A DNA stretch of 64,000 nucleotides from contig OX597815.1 in NCBI GenBank assembly GCA_951406725.2, forward strand, positions 140,120,001 through 140,184,000, given 5' to 3'. This stretch comes from Octopus vulgaris (lineage: Eukaryota). Position 1 is the stretch's first letter, and each line of letters opens with the position of its first letter. The notes beneath the pieces were generated by a model that was not told the DNA's origin, made no database searches, and saw only the letters and a list, made by a program, of their open reading frames with translations. A program made the translations under genes and the position numbers. This document shows positions 55,717 through 64,000 of the stretch, piece after piece.

Positions 55717-55781
55717 GTGAAAATATATATATATATTTACGAAGTCTAGACAGATATCTTCAGCTAGCAGGCTTCTGATAC

Positions 55782-55828
55782 TCTAGACCGATGATGGGCA
55801 AAGACCCTGAGACATGCGTGTCTCTAGA
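55782..55828 (+). ncRNA. Decayed type I hammerhead flanked by a short inverted repeat
   Basis: TCTAGA-CCGATGA-t-GGG-CAAAGA-CCC-t-GAGAC-ATGCGT-GTC-TCTAGA, with two core substitutions. Confidence 0.65.
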
Positions 55829-55988
55829 TGCAGGCCTAGCTGCTGGGGGTATTTGTCTCCCCTTCGTGAATATATAAGGACACAGGAAATGTGTCAAGGC
55901 CGACAGGAAACGTCGATGCTTTCTAGGGCTAAACAGCGGTGGTGCAATTCCCTTACAGGACTGTCACGTTAAGTTGACAGCAGACAAC

Positions 55989-56168
<180 letters not shown>

Positions 56169-56538
56169 AACCAAAGTTGATGGTGGCGTTGGAATGGCAT
56201 AGAAATGGCAACGATAGTGTATTCCGAAATGTTATATCAGACTATGGATAATTAAATTATAACAGTTATTATAGTCCATTGTTGTTATTATAGTGCATTG
56301 CTGTGCCATTCAAGACATGGAATTACAACCAGAAAAAAATTGTAATTTTACATACATATACATATACATATATATATGTAAATGAACCACCTACACTAAC
56401 ATGTAATTTTCAACAGTTTTGGCCTTCTTTGCAAATCTTTGGTGGGTCTTAAATTTCACATTCGACATAAGCATTATGACTGACAAAGTAAGAGTACATT
56501 GTCGAAGCCTTATACGTCGAAAGTGACGGGAGAGTCCA

Positions 56539-56639
<101 letters not shown>

Positions 56640-56902
56640 TGTGTGTGCTTGTGTGTGTGTGTTCGTTCATTTATATCTGTGTATCCACTGTGATTGGCAG
56701 CCATCTGTACGTAGAATTAAGGAGGTCATATGGTCATATTTCTTGGTATAATATCAGTATCAGAGAAATCCTTTTTGAATACAATTTAGTCATCAATCAG
56801 TAAGTGCTTCTATGCATATAATACTCGGGTAAGAGATGTCATTCGTGTGTAGTGTGGAGTTCTGTGGCATTTGCCAAACAGCCTCACTACTACTACTACT
56901 AG

Positions 56903-56953
<51 letters not shown>

Positions 56954-56971
56954 CACTACCAGAACCCCCCC

Positions 56972-57025
<54 letters not shown>

Positions 57026-57371
57026 TGTTGAAAATCCTTAAACCTGTTATTTCCTGCCGGAATTATAATGACATTTTTCCATTAGGGAGTTAAGGAAAGA
57101 CTCCTTGAAATGAAGGGGTTATCACGTGATTTTTCGGTGGAATTATCCTAAATAGTTCAATTAATTCAAGCCCCTGTCGACCGCCATAGTTCCCTTAATC
57201 ACTTCCTGACCGGAAGTTAATCACATCTATTTGTAATTTGATGGAAATTAAAGGTGCTCTTTTTTCCTCCTTCTCTGGAAGAACGTATCATAGCAATTGA
57301 GATTAAGTTTCATTTTGTTGTATGTGCTGGAATGGTTAGAGATGATTATAATTACTTACACATGGACAAAA

Positions 57372-57424
<53 letters not shown>

Positions 57425-57474
57425 CGTGAATGCGTATATATATATCAATCTATGTATATTTATATATATACATA

Positions 57475-57534
<60 letters not shown>

Positions 57535-57565
57535 CCTACGCATACATTCATATATGTATATATGC

Positions 57566-57623
<58 letters not shown>

Positions 57624-57626
57624 TTT

Positions 57627-57758
57627 ATTTATTATATAGAAGGAGCTTCTACAGGACTAGTACTGTTTCATTCAAGAGAAATCTTCAGGAATCTTCCTGA
57701 AGATTTCTCTTGAATGAAACAGTACTAGTCCTGTAGAAGCTCCTTCTATATAATAAAT
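57627..57758. repeat. Perfect palindrome, 65-bp arms with 2-nt spacer
   Basis: 57627-57691 is the exact reverse complement of 57694-57758. Confidence 0.95.
57693..57739 (+). ncRNA. Type I hammerhead ribozyme motif (mirrored on the minus strand)
   Basis: CTTC-CTGAAGA-t-TTC-TCTT-GAA-t-GAA-ACAG-TACTAGTC-CT-GTA-GAAG. Confidence 0.75.
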
Positions 57759-57827
57759 TAATTTTACTCTGCTATGTATTGAGTACCTTACTTACTGTGG
57801 TTAACCCCGAATCAACCCGGGACCTAC

Positions 57828-57859
<32 letters not shown>

Positions 57860-57881
57860 ATCTATGCATATATTCTTATAT

Positions 57882-57959
<78 letters not shown>

Positions 57960-58528
57960 ATCTATGTATAAATATATATACACACACATAATGATTTTGA
58001 TGATTGGTGGTTGTGATGATAAATGTAAAAATATAGAGATGGTGACGAATGTACATGTACACAGATTTGATGCTGATTGTAAATATTTTTTCCGGGTGAA
58101 GGGAATTACCCAGAGACATCTTCTGCATAAAGAAAAAGAGCATTTAAGTCAGAATTACGCCATACGTAAAACAAACATAATTTTGTTTTTGAGCGTTGAA
58201 ATGTAGATAGATCAATATATATATATATATATATATATATAGCATAAAATCCTTTTAGAGCAGAAACGTTTGTTATCAACCAGCCATGAAGATCAAACTC
58301 ACACCACTCTGATTTCCGGTCAGAGTCTCTACCCATAAGCTAAACCGCTGACTGGCAAATTAATCTGCAATTGTAAAGCTTATACAGTTACCCAGAAACG
58401 CTACATGTCATCTTAATTACGTCGTATGTAAACAAACATTAGTTTGTTTTTGAAGCGTTGAAATGTATTGTAGTACAAATAAAAAGATATATTTTCAACG
58501 CGTAAATACTGATAGAACAGCATATATA

Positions 58529-58599
58529 GCAGTTTAGCTTAAAGGTAGAGCACTCTGACCGGAAATCTGATGAGTGTGAGTTCGATCCTCATGGCTGCT
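58529..58599 (+). pseudogene. tRNA-like sequence (second, inverted copy at 58280-58348)
   Basis: D-arm TAGCTTAAAGGTAGAGC and T-arm GTGAG-TTCGATC-CTCAT. The anticodon stem CTCTGA/TCAGAG is intact in the minus copy, with loop CCGGAAA. Confidence 0.6.
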
Positions 58600-58986
58600 T
58601 GCTAACAATTTTTTCTGCTCTGCTGTTGTATAAGTATTTATGCGTTGAAAAATATATCTTTCTACTTATATTTAAGTCACAGCTAACAGACATAGTGTCG
58701 TGAGTATAAATGTTTAAGTTAATTAAAATGACAAATGTACAAAAGAACTAGAATATTTGTATCCTGTGAAGAGTAAGTCTGGTATTTAGGAATTATGATG
58801 ATAACTCTGGACATGTTTCTGCCTTGTTAGACCTCTTAAAAAGAACATATTCGAACCAGTCGTTACCAGATTTAAGTGGACAGAAAGATATTGAGAGTTA
58901 GTGGGGTTGAATAGATACTGATTGTCAACGACTGCTCAGAATGAGGGCGATGATTTCTGTGTGCGTTTGTGTATGTGTGTCTGTGA

Positions 58987-59050
<64 letters not shown>

Positions 59051-60439
59051 AAGGAGAAAGAGAAGAAACATAGAGAAAGATAGGATGAGATGGAGAGCGA
59101 GAGAGTAAAATATATGTAGAGAAAGACACTATTTAGCTCTGGAATGCATATATATGGTTGATGGAAGCAAAACTCACAATATAATTCATAAATTGACACG
59201 CACACAATAACGTATATATACACACACTTCTACTTTATTTCCACTTCAACCTGAGCAGGTTTTTCTTTCTTCCTCGTTTAGGAGTGTCTGTGTAGATAAC
59301 TGCTTTTCGTATGTGTATACATACGTGTGTTTGTATGTGTGTATACACACTCACATACGTGTGTATGTTTATATATGTGTGTACGTGTGTGTATGTGTGT
59401 GTATGTGTGTGTGTGTGTGTGTATCTATATCTGTATCTATTTATATATATATTACTGTTTCTGTGTTTTGTGGGAGTGTTTAAAAATATCATAAGCTGTG
59501 CACGTGATAAGTTGGATGGAGAATGTGGACTGAGAGTTCGGTTGTTGGAAGCTAAACGGGAAGAAAATGTCGTCTTGCTGGATCTTGGAGAATGTCATGA
59601 AAAACATTTGCCTTGGCAATGAACTTGAAGATCCGGTTGTAACTTGGTCAACGAGGAAACATCATTCAAGCAATGGCACCTGTTACTACTTAGCTTCTGT
59701 TTGTCTCATCACAAGTGATTATTGTGTAGTTGGTGTGCGATTACCTTCGATGTTTTAGGCAGTGTCATTCACCTCTACAACTTGGCGGTCTTAAGGTTGT
59801 GGCGTTTCGTTGCTAGAATTACATACCTAAAGGTATGGAATAAGCCATACACTCAAATTCCTCAGGAAACAAGCCAATGGAATCAGCCATCCGTCTGAGT
59901 TTTGCCGGGCAAAGGTGAGTTTGTTTCCAGCTAAGAATCAGCAGTAGCGAAATAGTGGGGGACTTCGACCACTTCTCTGACTTGGAGGCCCAGAGACCTC
60001 AAATCACAAGGGTTTTTGTAAGTTAGGATAATTAATATGCCTTAATTAGGCATTAATAAAATTCGATTGAGTCAGGTAGGATTAGATTTAGAAGTTAGAA
60101 TGTTGCAAAATGGATAATAAATTGCATACAGCCATTGTATTATAAAAAAATAATAATTTTTTGCTTTGAAAGTAATTGATCGTCTTCATGTACATCTATC
60201 AACATAGCTATTTTGTTTCCTTGTTTGGACGGTTTAGTGCTCTTAACTATGGCCTTCTAGTATACGTACGGTGGGATTTAAAAACTAACCTGACACTGGT
60301 GCGAGACAACGGATAGAGATTGACAACAAATAATAAATAGCGAAGTAAGTTAAACTAAAAATGCTACAGAATGTAAGATATTGTTGTAACAATAGAAAAA
60401 ATCAGAAAAAGAACATCGTCGTGTGCTTTCTCATTCCAC

Positions 60440-60650
60440 CTTCTGAAATTTCTGGAGAAGGCTAGCCACTGGATTTGGTTAAAAAGAGACGATGAGCGAT
60501 GGCTAGAAGGATATTGAGCTTAATTTGATAACCAGCTGATCTAGCAAGCGGGGCCTCATATCATTGATGCTGTCGAGAGGTAGACCCCGAAACGGTGCGC
60601 ATTCTCTCCTGATGACCCCATACACTTGCTGGCTTCCGGTATACGGAGCT
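60440..60650 (+). mobile_element. 3' end of a Hero-like (restriction-like endonuclease) non-LTR retrotransposon
   Basis: 60452-60517 reads 'LEKASHWIWLKRDDERWLEGY*', matching the E.AS.W.W.KR....W C-terminus that I recall for Hero-type elements. A short 3' UTR follows. Confidence 0.65.
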
Positions 60651-60719
60651 TTTGACTGGTAGCATTTGCATGTGCAAGTTGTTTGCAAGACATATATTTA
60701 TTTTATCTTCTAACGTAGG

Positions 60720-61105
60720 CTTTATTTAGACTACGGTGATCCAGATTTATTCGAAGCTTTCGGTAACATATTCTGTACAGGATCGTCGGTAATTTTTCAT
60801 TGATGTTGGCTAAACCTCTCATTCTCAGCTGACGTTTTTTGGTGCCCCTTGAGTTTTCTGTCTGGCTCACAAAATTCGCAGTCTAGATGGCAGATATTTT
60901 CCCATTGTTTTCTATCTTTTGTAAAAAAATTCAAACTCTTTTTGGTCATTGCAAATGTGAGGTAGTGCTTCAAGACATTTCTGAACGTTAGCTGTAGTTT
61001 TTTTCAGGATGAGGTTTTCCTGTTGCCAGTTTAGAATAAATAATGACTTTTGGGCTTCATTTATTGTCCATCCTTTGTACAAGGCCAGTCCAGCATAGCT
61101 GATGC
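60720..61105 (-). mobile_element. Highly decayed RTE-clade LINE C-terminus
   Basis: 'FRNVLKHYL....DRKQWENIC' and flanking residues resemble the RTE 'FKD.LK..L...DR..WR' region. Confidence 0.55.
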
Positions 61106-61835
61106 TTGATGAACATCGCCTCGATAAATAAACGAAAAGAAGAATACTACAGGAATTTGATTCTCAATAGTTTCACTGCGAAAATAATTTTATTGCTTCG
61201 CCATGATTTCTCCACCAGAAACAATATAGTCTCACTTCACTCCCATAAAATTTATCTTAGTCACTGGCCACATATATATATATTCTGTATCTATTGTTTT
61301 ATTTCACCCTCTGTACCGCTTCGTCCGCTTTATTAACCGTTTCCTTATCTTTATTTTATTAAATAAGAATAAAAGCTGACCACCCAACAGGTTGCAATGC
61401 GACCCAAACAGACTCTCTGTTTAAAGAGATAACGCAAATTTTCTTCCTTTTATACATCATCTTCTTATCTCTCCCTCTTTCCCACACTCATACATTTACA
61501 AACTCACACACAAACCTACGCAGGAACATAGCCACAGGACACAAAAACAAACATACGTATGTAAACATACAGACATATATAAACATGTGCATTAATGCCA
61601 AACAATTATCTAATGTATTTTCCTTTCCTTCATTGGGAGTGCCTATGTATGCATGCATGTATGTATGTATATATTATGTGTGTGTTTGTGTATAAGTATG
61701 TATGCATGTATTATATGTGTGCGTACGTGTGTGTAGGTGTGGTGTATGTATGTGTGTGTGTGTGTGTGCGTGTGTGGTGCATAAATGTACGTATTATGTA
61801 TGTAAATGTGTATGTCTGTATGTGCAGCATTTACA

Positions 61836-61892
<57 letters not shown>

Positions 61893-63532
61893 GGTGTGTG
61901 TGTGTATATATATGCACGCATACACATAATATATAGTTATGTATATATATGTGCGCGTGCATATATAAATACATACCTACATACATATATAAATACATGC
62001 ATGTATGTATATATACATATATGTATGTGTATATATTTATGTTTATACATATATGTATATGTATGTGTGTGCGTGTGTGTGTCTTGGCGTCACTTAGTTT
62101 AAAGACGTGTATTCTGATTATGTTAATTGAATTACGTAAAATCCAAACTGTAGGGATAAAAAAGAGAATGTTTTAAAAGAAATTAATGTAATTATGCAAT
62201 CATAAGGAACATTAGTAAGACAAATACAACAGAACGAATGTCATTTTAGTTAAGAACATTTTAGAAAACCTTTTCAATTTTAGTAACTGATATGTGTAGT
62301 AGACACGTTTTTAATAACTGTTTTATGATAGATAGGCGGGTAACCTGACTTTAGAAATTCAGTTGAGAATTGTCCAATAGCATAACTGATGTGGACATCT
62401 TGGGCCATAAGCACTGTTGTTGATATCATGTAACATCTGCTGACCATTCCGGGGACAACCGATGAAATAATTGTCTATTCTTACTGGTGTTTATCATGGA
62501 TGGATGGCTCAAAATATTCACAGCTTTTGGATGAAAATCAGGAAACATAGCCGTCGTTAATATTCTGAAGTAAAGGAATCTGTGTTTGTGAAGTGAGGTG
62601 CAATTTATATTTGTCTGAAACGCAGACATTCCACAATTAGTTCTTTTAGAAGCGTATCAAGTAGACGTCCTCGGACCGGATAAAAAATATTTTACAGTCG
62701 GTTGATTCGAAATTAAATCTGTTCAGCTGTGATGGCCGAGAGTACGGGCTGTCATAGTCGAAAACGAGAAAGACGAACACGTGCATCAGAACAGTATAGA
62801 TCTATGCTTTCATTTGCAAGTGAGTTGGTCAGAAATTAGTCAGCATGGCCAAAATCTGAGGCGTACCGGAGTATAATCAGATTCATGATAATAAATAAAA
62901 TAAACAACACAACACAAAAGAGATAAACAAACAAAAACAAAACAAAGAGGAAACAGATCTGAGAGCTGCCGTTACAAGCACACAAACAGTATTTCAGTTC
63001 AATGGAACGTCTATGGAAACGGTTCTGTGTGAGCATTCAAGAAAGGAAATCCTGGGAATATAGTGGATTATATGATTATACAGCTAATAGGGGAAGAAAT
63101 ATATTGCCAAACTACGGAGAAATTGAAAATGATTTAATTATCAAATTTATGAATTCAATAACAAGTAAATGTGATACAATTTCGAGAAATTTAGGGTACC
63201 TGACCAAAAACTAATGGCGTATGAATTTCATTCTTCCAGATATTTAATGTACACATTCCATTTAGTCGAAAAATTGTATGATTTAAATGTTCTTAAATTG
63301 AATTGTAGTCATTAGTGTTGGATTATTGATACTCTCAATAAAAGCATAAAAATATTAAAAATTTTTGGTAGTTTAATTTTTATAACTTAAAGGAGTAAAA
63401 CCCCTTTCTATTCATATAGTTCAATTGTAAGGTATCAAATAAACTAAAATAATATTGAATTATCAGCATACTCGTGTCTTTACATATGTGACTCCACTGT
63501 ACAAAAGCTTCCATATATATAAATACACATAC

Positions 63533-63758
63533 GGTGAGCTGGCAGAAACGTTAGCACGCCGGGCGAAATGCGTAGCCATATTTCGTCTGCCGTTACGTTC
63601 TGGGTTCAAATTCCGCCGAGGTCGACTTTGCCTTTCATCCTTTCAGGGTCGATAAATTAAGTACCAGTTACGCACTGGGGTAGATATAGCCGACTTAATC
63701 CGTTTGACTGCCTTGTTTGTCCCCTCTGTCTTTAGTCCCTTGTGGGTAGTAAAGAAAT
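63533..63758 (+). mobile_element. SINE family 1 full-length copy
   Basis: Head, B-box, core and tail. Confidence 0.92.
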
Positions 63759-63829
63759 ATATATATAAATACACATATACCGGATTCACATGCACGCATA
63801 AATATATATAGTCCGGGCAAGGTTGCTTA

Positions 63830-64000
63830 TGAGAGACCAGCAGTCGCCCACGCATATCAATTTCCCCTCTCCACGTCACCGATGTTATCCAAGGGAAAGG
63901 CAAAGGCCGGCACAGCATGACGTCACAATTCATTTCTACAGCTGAGTGAAATGAAGCAACATGAAATAAAGTGTCTTGCTCAAGAACACAACATACAGAG
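63830..64000 (-). mobile_element. SINE fragment related to family 3
   Basis: CAGCTGAGTG..AGCAACATGAAATAAAGTGTCTTG is the reverse complement of the body at ~23020-23062. Confidence 0.7.

Noticed and set aside
56401-56479. Minus-strand mini-exon candidate (TTTGTCAG ... GTTAGT; IMLMSNVKFKTHQRFAKKAKTVENY)
   Set aside because: The splice-like signals are weak and there is no homology or partner exon.
58529-58599. Functional tRNA-Ser(GGA) gene
   Set aside because: The anticodon stem is broken in this copy, there is no U33, and the short variable arm is inconsistent with Ser. Treated as tRNA-derived.
62330-62830. Possible Tc1-like transposase remnant ('LWPKMSTSV' versus WP.RSPDL)
   Set aside because: The similarity is too weak to support without a profile search.

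Overview
AT-rich, microsatellite-saturated eukaryotic non-coding DNA. The SINE, LINE and mariner repertoire resembles Octopus/cephalopod genomes, which is inference from recognised repeat families. No host protein-coding exon could be supported, and almost all ORFs in the track are simple-repeat artefacts. The window is a graveyard of mobile elements: Ty3/Gypsy, mariner, hAT, Helitron, Tx1/L1, R4/Dong, Hero-like, RTE, Penelope-like elements (PLE) and at least four tRNA-derived SINE families. The striking signal is RNA structure. More than a dozen hammerhead-ribozyme (HHR) motifs sit in PLE-type inverted or tandem repeats. The top finding is a family of non-circularly permuted, pseudoknotted HHR-like motifs (strand order stemIII-NUH-stemI, GAAA-stemIII', stemI'-CUGANGA). 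Their extended stem III carries a consensus kink-turn, with compensatory base changes between diverged copies (37132-37201, 31095-31161, 30729-30795) and a partial match in a Hero-like LINE 3' UTR (60566-60615). Element boundaries were read by eye and may be off by tens of bases. Ribozyme motif coordinates were indexed base by base.
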